From NCBI GenBank assembly GCA_963806225.1, contig CAWDXG010000004.1:4384001-4448000 (forward strand): a stretch of DNA of 64,000 bases, in the 5' to 3' direction. Below the pieces are notes generated by a model. The model was not told the DNA's origin. It saw only the letters and a list, made by a program, of their open reading frames with translations, and did not search any database. Shown here piece after piece: positions 49,401 to 59,430 of this stretch (position 1 is the first letter of the stretch; each line of letters opens with the position of its first letter). This DNA comes from an uncultured delta proteobacterium (GTDB lineage: Bacteria; Myxococcota_A; Polyangia; Polyangiales; Polyangiaceae). Both the position numbers and the translations under genes were made by a program.

Positions 49401-51317
49401 ATGCTGGCTGCACGTTGTCCGCAATGTGGTGCACCGACGCCGGTGAGTGCGGCGAGGCCGGACCACCTGGATTGCGCGTACTGCTCGTACGTGGGGCCGC
49501 CACCGCCCGACGTGGAGGCGAGCCTGCGCGCGGCCGCTGCCGTGCTCGGCCGCATGCAGGCGCAGCGTCGCCAGCTGTCACAGTTCCAGCACCGCACGCT
49601 CGGGCGCATGGGTTGCTCGATGACGCTGTTCTTCGTGCTGCTCGGTGCGCTCGCGTTGCCCTTCGCGGTCTCCGCCGCGGCCTGCACCGCGATGCGCGAT
49701 CAGCTCGACACCTGGGTGCTCCTGTTGGTCGGTTTCGGGCCGCTCATCATGTTGCTGGCGTCGGGTGCTTTCGGTTGGTGGTGGATGCGGCGCTCGCGGG
49801 GGGCGCTGGAGCTCGCGTGCGCGGCGCAGCCACCCGCCGTGCGCGGGCGTCCGGCGTGCTGTCGGGTGTGCGGGGGCGATCTCGCTCCGGCGCCGGGGGC
49901 CGTCGTCGAGCGCTGCGGTTTCTGCGGCGCGGACAACGTCGTCTCCCAGGGCGCGATGCAGCGGCGCTGGTCCGAACAGCAGGTCGTGCTCGGCGGCTAC
50001 GAGCAGGCGGTGCGCGCGCGGGCGCAAGCGGCCGGCTCGAGCTCGTTGAATGCCACGCTGCTCGTGTTCCTGGTGGGGACCACAGCGCCGGTGCTCGTGA
50101 TGTTCGTCGGGTTCGCGGTTGCGATGGGGCTCGAGATGCACGAAAAGCCGGCGGACGTCTCGCAGCAGTACGTCGCGGTCGACACACCGCGCGGGAAGTG
50201 CCTGGCGCTGATCCAGCACTATCCGGGCGGCGTCGAAGCCTACGATTTCGAGGATGCGGCGCCGGTTGGAGTAGCGCCGCGCGCGCGGTTTTCACCTGGA
50301 AGCTTCAAGCCGATCGGGGTGAAGCAGCTGACCGGGCTGACGGTGCTGGACAAGGACGGGCTCGCTCGAAAGGTCAAGCGCGTGTACCGCACGTCGCTGC
50401 GGGAGGACGACAACCAGATCCAGCTCGTTTCGCGGGAGGGCGACTACCCGCCATCGAAGTCGGTCGTCGGCAGCTGCCTGGCCGGTGACAAGCCGCCGCT
50501 GCGCGTGTTGACCTATCAGGACCGCGGTGTTCCGCAGCTGGTGGCGCGGCCGGGCGGCGTGCTCGTGATCGGTTTTTCGGACGCGCTGTACACGGTGCAG
50601 GGCGCGACGGATCAGCGGCGGATCTGGAGGACGACAGGGGTGGACCACGTGCGCGCGATGCTCGCGGACACCAGCGCGGTCTATCTGGAGCTCGATAGAC
50701 AGCTGCTGCGCGTGACCCCCGACGGCAAGGCGGTGGCGCTCGCGAGCATGCCTTCGTACCTGGGCAAAGGCATCGCGCTCGACGGCGACACGCTCTACTT
50801 TGCGGCGGACGGCGGCGTGTCGCGCGTGCCACGGACCGGCGGCAAGGTGGAGCGCGCACTGGACGACATCGCGGCACGAGCGCTCGGCGCGGGGGGCGGG
50901 GCGCTCGCGTTGATCGACCCGCACAGTGACGTTGCCGTGCTGGCGGCGGGCGAGGACAAAGCCCGCACCGTCGGGCACGACGCGATGGCAGCTCGTGGCG
51001 TCGCGATCGCGGATGACCGGGTGTGGTGGGTCACGGCGGACAGCACGCTGGTGTCGTCGCCCGTCGCCGGCGGTGCGCTGAAGCAGTACGGCAAGCTGGA
51101 CGGAATCGACGGCGTGTTCAAGCTCCGCAATGGCGAGGTGTGGTGGACGCGTCGATGGCGTAGCGTCGAGAGTGCGTTGATGTCGCGCCCGCTGCCGGGC
51201 GGCCCTCTCGCGAATCACTCGCCCGGCGCGAAGAACGTCGATGCGTTCGGTTTCGACGGGGCAGACCTGTACTGGCTGGACGCCCGCCGGCACTGGTTGA
51301 TGCGACGGAAGCTGTAG
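49401..51317 (+). CDS. Membrane protein with two zinc ribbons and C-terminal beta-propeller-like domain
   Basis: CPQC..CAYC, two TMs, CRVC..CGFC, TM, then repeats IALDGDTLYF / VAIADDRVWW / FGFDGADLYW. Confidence 0.7.
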   Translation: MLAARCPQCGAPTPVSAARPDHLDCAYCSYVGPPPPDVEASLRAAAAVLGRMQAQRRQLSQFQHRTLGRMGCSMTLFFVLLGALALPFAVSAAACTAMRDQLDTWVLLLVGFGPLIMLLASGAFGWWWMRRSRGALELACAAQPPAVRGRPACCRVCGGDLAPAPGAVVERCGFCGADNVVSQGAMQRRWSEQQVVLGGYEQAVRARAQAAGSSSLNATLLVFLVGTTAPVLVMFVGFAVAMGLEMHEKPADVSQQYVAVDTPRGKCLALIQHYPGGVEAYDFEDAAPVGVAPRARFSPGSFKPIGVKQLTGLTVLDKDGLARKVKRVYRTSLREDDNQIQLVSREGDYPPSKSVVGSCLAGDKPPLRVLTYQDRGVPQLVARPGGVLVIGFSDALYTVQGATDQRRIWRTTGVDHVRAMLADTSAVYLELDRQLLRVTPDGKAVALASMPSYLGKGIALDGDTLYFAADGGVSRVPRTGGKVERALDDIAARALGAGGGALALIDPHSDVAVLAAGEDKARTVGHDAMAARGVAIADDRVWWVTADSTLVSSPVAGGALKQYGKLDGIDGVFKLRNGEVWWTRRWRSVESALMSRPLPGGPLANHSPGAKNVDAFGFDGADLYWLDARRHWLMRRKL

Positions 51318-51455
51318 CCGCGGAGTGGGTGGCGGTTCTTTCGCGTACACCGGCAGCACGATCGGCATGCCGAAGAGCACGATTGCCGGCGACGGCGCAG
51401 GGCGGCGCGGATACGCCTTCATTGCGGCGCGAGGACGCTGCGCGGGAGGTGCTTC

Positions 51456-52855
51456 ATGCGGACGGACACGCACACGACGGTCCTGGCGCTCGCTCTGCTG
51501 CTCTTCGCAGCAGGTTGCGGCTCGTCTGCGGGCGCGCAGGCGGGGGGAGGAGCGGGCACGGCCGGCACGGGGGGCACGGCGGGCAGGCGGATGCGGGCGG
51601 CACTGCGGGAGCGGGCGGTGCGGCCGGAGCGGGCGGCGCGCCGGCAGCCGTCATCGACCAGGTCGTCTCGACGCCGGCTTCGTCCGGTAGCGAACACGAG
51701 CCGTCGATCGCCGTGACGCCCGACGGCCGTGTCGTGACGGCGTGGATCGCCTTCGAGCCCACCAGCTACCAGATCGCGTACCGGGTCTCCCCCGACGACG
51801 GCAAGTCGTGGGGCGACATCCACCTGCTGCCGCTCGACGGCGACCAGAACATCGCCGCCAACACGTCCCTCTCCGCGGCGGACGACGGCACGGTGTATCT
51901 CGCCTACGGTGCCGAGCACGTGGACGCTTCGGGCAACCGCTCGAGCGTGGGCGTGTACCTCGCTACGCTCGACCCCGGCGCACAGAAGTTCGGCGCGCCC
52001 GTCGAGGTTACCGACCCGGGCGCGCCGGCGGGCGTCTACGATCAGCCCTTCGTTGCCGTCACCAGCCAGGGGCTGTTCCTCGGCTACGGCGAGTTCTCGA
52101 AGGACCTGACGACGGCCAAGCTCACGACGCGCTTCAGCCCCGACGGCGGCAAGAGCTGGTCGGTGTCGTCGCTGTCGCCGAAGAGCCCCTTCGGCTTCAT
52201 GAACGGCGTGCAGCTGTGTCGGCCGCCGTCTGGCGATCGCGCCTATCTGTATGCGGTCGATTCCGACGTTGGGCTGGCCCTGTGGACGAGCGACGACGGA
52301 GGCAAGAGCTGGTCGTCGCCGGTCCAGGTGGAAGCGAACGGCGAGCAGGGCGCGCTCACCTACATGCGCGAGGGCAACTGCGTCGCGGACGGCAACGACG
52401 TGTACATCCTGTACGGCCTGAGCGACGACCTGAGCCAGGTGAGCCACGGCCAGGTGGCGCCGCTGAACCGGCTCGTGCTGGCGCACTCGGCCGACGGTGG
52501 GAAGAGCATCGCGTCGCGGACCGATGTCGGCGACAAGTCCGCCGGCTCGCACTACCTCCTGTCGCGCCTCGCCTCGGAGGGCGGCGGCGTGCTCGACCTG
52601 ACCTACTATGCCGGCAAGAACGAGGGCGACGTGAAGGCGAGCTACCGCTTTGCCCGCTCCACCAACGGCGGCCACAGCTTCGCGCCGAGCTCCGCCGTCC
52701 GGCAGCCGCTGCTCTACGAGCTCCAGCGGACCACGGCGCAGTGGCTCGGCGACTACATGGGTCTCGTGTGGCAGGACGGGCGCTACTACTCGGCCTTCGT
52801 CGACAATAGCTCCCCGAGCTCGCACGTGGTGGTGCACGTGGCGCCCACGCCGTAA
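51456..52855 (+). CDS. BNR/Asp-box (sialidase-like) lipoprotein; frameshift near 51580
   Basis: Lipobox AAGC; multiple S.DGGKSW Asp-boxes; C-terminal WLGDYMGL. Confidence 0.85.
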
Positions 52856-52928
52856 CGGTTCTGTCGCCCGGAGCGCGTCAGCTTCCTCACGATCCCTGCG
52901 TACGGGCCGGATTTCCGGGGCCAGGGCG

Positions 52929-52944
52929 TGGCACGCGGTCTGCA
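52929..52944 (+). promoter_or_regulatory. Sigma54 promoter
   Basis: TGGCACG-CGGT-CTGCA, 12 nt before ATG 52956. Confidence 0.65.
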
Positions 52945-52955
52945 TCCCGACGGGC

Positions 52956-53766
52956 ATGCTGCTCTCCGGGTTTGCCGTGCAGGATGTTCCGGTGACGCCG
53001 CGCGTGCGGGTGCGGAGCTGGCACCACCGCTGGGGTCCGACGTCGTTCTCCGCTGGAACGCACCGCGAGGTGGAGGTCGCCTGGACGCTCGAGGGGGCGG
53101 CCAGCTACCGCATCGTCGGCACGACGTACGAGGTGCCCGCCGGCTCCGGCATCGTCGTGCCGGCTGGGCTCGAGCACGCCACCAGTGTGACGCCCGGCGC
53201 GCGCGCCGGCTCGGCGTGGATCGCCAGCGAGCTGGTGTGTGGAGTGGCTGCCAGCATGGGGCGGAGCGCGTTCAGCCGTCCGACGCTGCTGGCCGACACG
53301 GAACAGGTCGCGCGCATCGGCGCGTTGCTCCAGACCGAAGCGGCCGAGCCGCGCGCCGGCCGGCTGGTGGCGGTGGAAGCGCTGGCGGAAGCGCTCGTGG
53401 TGGCCATCCTGCGCGCCGCGCCCCCCCGTGCCGCGGGCGCGCCACGGGATTCCGCGCATCTCCGCGGCTGTTGCACTGATGGAAAGCCGCTACGCCGAAC
53501 CCCTCGGCGTCGACGACCTGTCGCGCATCGCCGGCATCAGCCGCGCGCACTTCAGCCGCCGCTTCCGCGAAGCGTTGGGCTTGAGCCCGTACCAGTACCT
53601 CCAGCGCGTGCGCATCGACCGCGCGCGCGAGCTGCTCGGCCGCGGGCACGGGGTGACGGAAGCAGCGCTCTCGGTCGGCTACCGCGATCTCGGCAGATTC
53701 GCCCAGGCGTTCCGCCGGCAGGTGGGCTGCGCGCCGAGCGAGCTACGCCCCCGACACCCGGATTGA
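52956..53766 (+). CDS. AraC-family transcriptional regulator; frameshift near 53430-53450
   Basis: N-terminal cupin (H.EVE...VPAGLEH); C-terminal ISRAHFSRRF, VTEAALSVGY.D..RF..AFRR.VG..P. Confidence 0.85.
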
Positions 53767-53925
53767 CCCCGGACAGGCTGCGTCGGCGCACCCCTCACGC
53801 AGGGTGGCCTGCGCGGCGGACAACTGCGCCAAATCATGCGGCGTCCGCGTTTCCCCTTGACCCCTGCCCGCAGGCGCTCGATATGAAGAAGAGCGCGCGC
53901 CGCGTCACCGTTGTCGAGACGTTCC

Positions 53926-54966
53926 ATGTCGAGCACGGGCCAACAACCGAGGTCGGACTACGTCGCGCTGGTGGAGGCCAGCTATCAGCTCGAGGGTGGC
54001 GACCAGGAGTGGCTGACGCGCATCTGCGACCAGGCTGCGCCGTCGTTCGACGTGGGTCTGGGTGTGTTCGCGTTCTGCTACGACCTGCGCTCGCAGACGG
54101 AGCGGATGCCGGTCATCACGGGGACGGGTCTCCCGCCGGAGCTTGGCGAGATGGTCGAGACGATGATCCGCAACTGTCCGCGGGAGGAGCTGCGCGCCTT
54201 CTGCGGCGAGCAGATCAACTGCGGGGCCGCGATGGACCGCTTTCGTGCGCAGAACCTCGACTACGACGAGCTCTTCGCGCGGTACGGCGCGCCGACCGGC
54301 CTCTGCGACGCGCGCTATGCGACGGTTCCCGCAGGCGAGGGCTTCGGGATCATGATCGGCGGCTACGCGGAAACTCGCGCCAGCGTTCCGCTGCGTACGC
54401 GGTCCATGTGGAGGCGTACGCTTTCGCACATCTCTCTCGGTCTGAGGCTCCGGCGTCTCCTGGCTGCGGACGACGGTGGCCCGGCCGACGGTGAGGCGGT
54501 GCTCCGCGCCGACGGCCGCGTCGAGCACGCGGAAGGGGAGACGAAGAGTCGATCCATGCGGGACGCGCTGCGTGATGCGGCGCGCCGCATCGATCGCGCG
54601 CGCGGGCGGCTCCGGCGCGAGGCGCCCGAAGAGTCGCTGGAGCTGTGGCGCGGTCTGGTGTCCGGGCGCTGGTCGCTCGTCGATCGCTTCGACTCCGACG
54701 GCCGTCGTTTCCTGGTCGCGCACAGGAACCCACCCGACGTCGTCGACGTGCGCCGGCTCAGCGCGCGTCAGAGGCAGATCGCGCGCTTGGTCGTGCGCGG
54801 ATATCCAGCCAAGCTGATCGCCTACCAGCTGGGGCTTTCCCGCTCTGCCGTCTCGTCACAGCTGACCCTGATCCGGCAGAAGCTGGGCGCTCGCAGCAAT
54901 GCCGAGCTCGTGCAGCTTCTGCAGTCCCTGGGCCAGTCGGGCAGCACGGGCGGAGGCGAGCCGTGA
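53926..54966 (+). CDS. LuxR-type HTH transcriptional regulator
   Basis: C-terminal LSARQRQIA..VV.G...K.IAYQLGLS; WRGLVSGRWSLVDRFD motif. Confidence 0.85.
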   Translation: MSSTGQQPRSDYVALVEASYQLEGGDQEWLTRICDQAAPSFDVGLGVFAFCYDLRSQTERMPVITGTGLPPELGEMVETMIRNCPREELRAFCGEQINCGAAMDRFRAQNLDYDELFARYGAPTGLCDARYATVPAGEGFGIMIGGYAETRASVPLRTRSMWRRTLSHISLGLRLRRLLAADDGGPADGEAVLRADGRVEHAEGETKSRSMRDALRDAARRIDRARGRLRREAPEESLELWRGLVSGRWSLVDRFDSDGRRFLVAHRNPPDVVDVRRLSARQRQIARLVVRGYPAKLIAYQLGLSRSAVSSQLTLIRQKLGARSNAELVQLLQSLGQSGSTGGGEP

Positions 54967-55298
54967 GCCGTCGTGCGGCGAAACGCGTGGCTGCCCGCAG
55001 CGACAGCGCCCCGGCCCGGGATTTCCGCATCGCGCGGTTCAGCCTGGGTCCGGAAGAGTTCGCGGTGATCAGCCTTCCGATGCCGGACAGCGCCGCGCTT
55101 TCTTCACTGTCGAGCTCCGAGCGCGAAGTCGCGGCGCTCGCGCTCGCGGGTCGTTCCAACCGCAGCATCGCGGAGCAGCGCGGCACGTCCCCGCGCACCA
55201 TCGCCAACCAGATCCAATCCATCTACCGGAAGCTTGGCGTGGGGTCTCGCACGGAGCTCGCCGCCAGAGTCTCGGGCGGCAGCAATCCAGTCCGATGA
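54963..55298 (+). CDS. Small LuxR-type HTH regulator
   Basis: LSSSEREVA.LA..GRSN..IA..RGTS.RTIANQ...IYRKLGV.SR.EL; GTGA overlap. Confidence 0.88.
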   Translation: MSRRAAKRVAARSDSAPARDFRIARFSLGPEEFAVISLPMPDSAALSSLSSSEREVAALALAGRSNRSIAEQRGTSPRTIANQIQSIYRKLGVGSRTELAARVSGGSNPVR

Positions 55299-55329
55299 CT
55301 CAGTATTGACAGGTGTGGTAGCCGGGGAG

Positions 55330-55545
55330 CCAGGAGGGGGCGTCCTTGCAGGTCAGTGGGGTGAACTCGACCGGACATGGATGGGTGTCGTTGGGATCGC
55401 AAATGGTCCCCGCCCCCGTCCGGACCGATCTGGAGCGCGCGCAGCGTCGGGTACCAGACGGGCCAAGCCCGACCCCCGACGGTCCCCACTCATTCGACGA
55501 TTAGGCCGGCGGCGCGTGGCTTTTGCAAGAAGTACGAGGTGCGTA
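55330..55545 (+). ncRNA. Candidate structured non-coding element (possible IS110-family non-coding end)
   Basis: Nested helices read by eye: AGTGGGG/CCCCACT, CCGGAC/GTCCGG, GGGATC/GGTCCC, CGTCGGG/CCCGACG, CGGGC/GCCCG; no convincing ORF. Confidence 0.35.
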
Positions 55546-55549
55546 GTCT

Positions 55550-55967
55550 ACCGGCCGGCGGTCCCCGTGGCGACGGGCGGCGCCCGCGAAGCACGCGGCC
55601 TCGAGGACCGGCAGCGTCCAGCCCACGAACGATACGGGATCGAGCAGCGCGAGCGTGGCCTTGCCCGCAACGCCGATGGAGGCGACGCCGGTGATGACGA
55701 CGCCCGCCCACGAGTCGCGCGCCCGCGCGGCGCGCCGCCCCGATGAGCACGAGAAGGAAGCCCGCCGAGAGCGCGACGCGCGCGGCCCACGCGTAGAAAG
55801 GCAAAACGGCGAACGACGCCGCCACCGACGCCGCGAACGCCGGCACCGCGGCGGCCACCATCCTCCGCTCCCGTCCGGGCCCGAGCGCCGCCGCGAGCCA
55901 CACCGCCCCGAGCGCCCCGAGCAGGGCCTCGACGCGCGCGTTCCAGAGGATGGCCGGGTAGAGCCAG
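55550..55967 (-). pseudogene. Fragment of a membrane-protein gene
   Basis: Hydrophobic frame SWLYPAILWNARVEALLG...LLVLIG shifting to AGVVITGVASIG...; no start, cut at 55968. Confidence 0.5.
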
Positions 55968-56541
55968 CTCGCGCGAGCGTTGGCTTGGGGAGGTTTGCGA
56001 CTGGGTGAGCGCGGAGCTGGCTGCTCGTGCAGACGCTTCCGTGAGCGGACAGGAGGTCGTGCGCGAACGACCGTGGTCGATCGTGGAGCGCTTCGACACC
56101 GATCGAGGCGCGTTCTACTTCAAGGCGTGCGCGTCCGGCGGCGCTCACGAGCCCGCGCTGCTCGAGTACCTCTCCGGGAGGTGGCCCACGGTCGTGATTA
56201 CGCCCATCGCGGTCAAGCCGGATGTCGGCTGGGCGTTGATGCGCGATGCCGGTCTGCCCGCGCGTCGGTCGGGCAGGGACCCCGCCGCCCTGTGGCCGGC
56301 GCTACTACCCGCGTATGCCACCGTCCAGATCGCTTCCGCAGACGATGTCGAGCTGCTGCTCGCCGCCGGCGTGCCCGATCGGCGTCTGCAACGATTGCCG
56401 GCGCTATTGTGCGATCTGCTCGCGCGACAGGACGCGATCCGCCTCGACTTGGCCGACGGCCTTGCCTCGTCGGAACGCGACGCGCTGCTCGAGGCCGTCC
56501 CCCTACTGGAGGCGCAGTGCGCCCGGCTGACTGCGGTCGGC
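55968..56541 (+). pseudogene. Truncated duplicate of the phosphotransferase cassette gene (copy of 59439-60012)
   Basis: 574-bp colinear repeat with scattered substitutions; lacks start codon and the HGDLH catalytic half. Confidence 0.9.
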
Positions 56542-56689
56542 CGTCGTCGAGGCTCTGCTCGAAGCCCGGCGCCGACATCCGACCTGGGGAGCCAAGAAGC
56601 TGCTGTGGCTCGTCGCCAAGAAGCACCCGGGCTGGCCGCTCCCAAGCAAGACCACTGTCTGCAACACCCGGGACGGCCGCTACTGTTAC
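56540..56689 (+). mobile_element. IS481-family transposase remnant
   Basis: Frame reads AVVEALLEARRRHPTWGAKKLLWLVAKKHPGWPLPSKTTVCN then TRDGRYCY, two IS481 motifs normally far apart. Confidence 0.7.
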
Positions 56690-56979
56690 TACGCTGCGGA
56701 GCTGAGGTTCTCGCGGATGATGCGCGGATGACGGGCTGCGATCCGGAGAAGCGCGATCGCCGGCCCCTCGGGACGCCGCCGTCCCTGCTCCCAGTTCCGC
56801 AGGGTGTGAACGCTGATGCCGACAGCCCGCGCGAACTGAGTTTGGCTCAGCCCGACGAACTTGCGCAACGCGACCACATCGTCGCCGGTTTCGAACACGC
56901 CAGCCACCAGCCGACGGCGGACGCGCGCAGGGATCGCCCTCGCAAAGTCGCGGTCGCTCAACTCGGGAATATCACTCAT
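56689..56979 (-). CDS. Antitoxin with BrnA-like N-terminus and XRE HTH
   Basis: DIPELSDRDFARA; LRKFVGLSQTQFA..VGISV.TLRNWEQGRRRP; overlaps toxin stop. Confidence 0.85.
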   Translation of the reverse strand: MSDIPELSDRDFARAIPARVRRRLVAGVFETGDDVVALRKFVGLSQTQFARAVGISVHTLRNWEQGRRRPEGPAIALLRIAARHPRIIRENLSSAA

Positions 56980-57265
56980 GAGTACTCCTCCGGTACGCAG
57001 CAAACAGAGTGCGCTCGCGCTTGGACGCCCAGCGGGCGCTGAAGATCCGCACGGTGTCCTCGTCCTGTTCGGTGTGGACGACGAGCACAAGGCCACGCTT
57101 GACCGGGCCAATCGCGATGAATCGGTCCTCGTCGACCGAGTGCGCGTCGTCGAATAGCTCGAGGTACTCGACGCCAGAGGTGAACAGCTCGGCGGCCTCC
57201 TCGAAGGAGACGCCATGCTTCTTCTGGTTGGCGACGTTCTTGGCGGGGTCCCATGTGACCTCCAC
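56972..57265 (-). CDS. brnT: BrnT-family toxin
   Basis: WDPAKN..NQKKHGVSFEEA..LF, EDRFIAIG, VRIFSAR.A..RER. Confidence 0.9.
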   Translation of the reverse strand: MEVTWDPAKNVANQKKHGVSFEEAAELFTSGVEYLELFDDAHSVDEDRFIAIGPVKRGLVLVVHTEQDEDTVRIFSARWASKRERTLFAAYRRSTHE

Positions 57266-57271
57266 CAGTCC

Positions 57272-57299
57272 ATAGTAAGCCAATGACGCAGTCAGTCAA
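57272..57299 (-). promoter_or_regulatory. Sigma70-type cassette promoter, leaderless
   Basis: TTGACT-N16-TACTAT, 6 nt before GTG 57265. Confidence 0.65.
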
Positions 57300-57317
57300 G
57301 GGCGGACCCAGCAGTCG

Positions 57318-57499
57318 GGCTAACGAACGAACCGGCCCTCAGCTGCGAGCGCCAGCCCAAACCTCTCCCGATGGTAGCACCTGTCAGGCGCGGCTCGCGA
57401 CGCTGCCTTCGTTCGATGGTCGCCGCGCGAGCCGCGCGAAACGGGATCACGCGGCCAGGCGGGACGACGGCGCTCGGCTGCTGCAGGGCCTTGATAGCC
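57318..57499 (-). repeat. attC site (R'' mutated to GGCTATC; 4-bp duplication next to R')
   Basis: L'' GGCCCT(G)CAGC pairs with L' GCTGAGGGCC; R' GTTAGCC. Confidence 0.75.
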
Positions 57500-57532
57500 A
57501 GCACCGTCGCGCTAGACTTGGCGAAGGCCATC

Positions 57533-57754
57533 GTGGATTTCGCGTTCACCGCAGTGTTCAAGAAGGTGCCAGAAGGCTACATCGCGTTCGTCGAGGAGCT
57601 ACCCGGTGCCAACACGCAGGGCGCAACTCTCGACGAGGCGCGGGAGAACCTCCGCGAAGCCGTGCAGCTCGTGATCGACGCCAATCGCGAGCTCGCCCGG
57701 GAAGACGCTGGGGACGACGTGATCCGCGAGTCGCTCAGGATCGCCAACGGGTGA
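57533..57754 (+). CDS. hicB: HicB-family antitoxin (short, no DNA-binding domain)
   Basis: YIAFVEELPGANTQGATLDEARENLREA. Confidence 0.9.
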   Translation: MDFAFTAVFKKVPEGYIAFVEELPGANTQGATLDEARENLREAVQLVIDANRELAREDAGDDVIRESLRIANG

Positions 57755-57942
57755 AGCGTCGCGATCTCATCCGACACCGCGAACAGCACGGATGCGAGCT
57801 GCTTCGGGAGGGCGGTAGCCATTCGGTCTACGTGAACCGAAAAGCGCGGAAGGCGTCCTCTGTCCCCCGGCATCGAGAGATCAACGAGCACCTGGCAAAG
57901 AAGATCTGCCAGGACCTGGATGTCCCGCCCCGGTCTGGCTAA
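57751..57942 (+). CDS. hicA: HicA-family toxin
   Basis: KRRDLIRH...GC.LLREGGSHS, VPRHREI, KICQDL; stop codon inside attC core. Confidence 0.9.
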   Translation: MKRRDLIRHREQHGCELLREGGSHSVYVNRKARKASSVPRHREINEHLAKKICQDLDVPPRSG

Positions 57943-58088
57943 CGGACCGCCGCCAAGCAGCGGCCGCAACAGAATACCACGGGGCACCAGGTAGCGATGA
58001 CCGCGCCCGTGGTACCCCACCACGGGCGTGCGGAAGGACCTTGCAGCCAGAACGACGCGCGGCCGGCTGCTTCAGCAGCTTGTTGGGC
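57937..58088 (-). repeat. attC site
   Basis: GCCCAAC...CTGCTGAAGC ... GCTTGGCGG...GTTAGCC; 16 differences in 152 bp from attC 60420-60571 (my count). Confidence 0.9.
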
Positions 58089-58113
58089 GGCGTGGTGTCC
58101 CGTGTCGCGTGAC

Positions 58114-58630
<517 letters not shown>

Positions 58631-58685
58631 TCAAGCATCACGCGGCGGCAGACCGGCGCCGGACCCCCGCGTAGTGCTTCCGTCC

Positions 58686-58831
58686 GCCCAACGAATCGAA
58701 ATTCAGCTGCGAAGGCGCAGCATGACTTCCCCGGAGGGTACCACTTCACCAGGCTCGCGCGCCGCGGCGCGGAGCGGAATCACGCAGCGGGCAACGAGGC
58801 CGCCTTCGCCTGCTGCAATTTCCTGTTAGGC
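58686..58831 (-). repeat. attC site
   Basis: GCCTAAC-AGG-AAATT(G)CAGC..GCGAAGGCG / CGCCTTCGC.GCTGAATTT-CGATTC-GTTGGGC. Confidence 0.9.
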
Positions 58832-59031
58832 GGCGTCGGCTCAACCGGCGGATCGGGAATGCCCAGGGAGCGGCAGATCTTGATCGCGAGTCGGTTGGAT
58901 ATCTCTGTGTGACGCGGCACCGCTTCGACGACGCCGTTCGCGGGATTGCACCACAAGGAATGGGAACCACCCTCGCGCTTGAGGTAGCAGCCGTGGAAGC
59001 GGAGGTGTCGTAGCAGCGTACTGCGCTTCAA
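58780..59031 (-). CDS. hicA: HicA-family toxin (reads into attC; probable lost stop)
   Basis: KRSTLLRHL..HGC.LKREGGSHS, VPRHTEI, KICRSLGIP. Confidence 0.88.
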   Translation of the reverse strand: MKRSTLLRHLRFHGCYLKREGGSHSLWCNPANGVVEAVPRHTEISNRLAIKICRSLGIPDPPVEPTPPNRKLQQAKAASLPAA

Positions 59032-59243
59032 CCGACGGTCACCGTCTCGTGCACAGCGTCGTCGGGCAGACCGCGAAGCGCATCCTCACGGCGGTCCTGC
59101 AGAACGAGTGCAATCGCCTCGGCGAGGCTCGCGCGCGCTTCGTCCTTCGTCCGGCCCTGGCCGTTCGCGCCGGGCACTTCCGGGCAGTACGCGATAAACC
59201 AGTCGCCATCCCGTTCGAAGATGGCGGTGAACTCGTTGTGCAT
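59028..59243 (-). CDS. hicB: HicB-family antitoxin (short)
   Basis: WFIAYCPEVPGANGQGRTKDEARASLAEA; TATACT -10 six nt before ATG. Confidence 0.9.
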   Translation of the reverse strand: MHNEFTAIFERDGDWFIAYCPEVPGANGQGRTKDEARASLAEAIALVLQDRREDALRGLPDDAVHETVTVG

Positions 59244-59430
59244 GGCGACAGTATAGCGCAGTGGCGGCCGGCTCGCCTGCCCGCGTACGCTGTCTGCCGC
59301 CCCTGGGCGCGGGTTGGGCGCGGCGGGACCGTGGCGAAGTGGAGGTCCGGTACTCAAGGACCGCGACATCCTCGCCTCGTCGGGGTAGGCAAGGGGAGTG
59401 TTTGGCCGCGTCGCGACACGCGCTCCGTGG

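Noticed and set aside
58780..58850. Novel C-terminal extension on HicA
   Set aside because: It is a translation of the attC left arm; one extra base would restore a TGA after the normal end.
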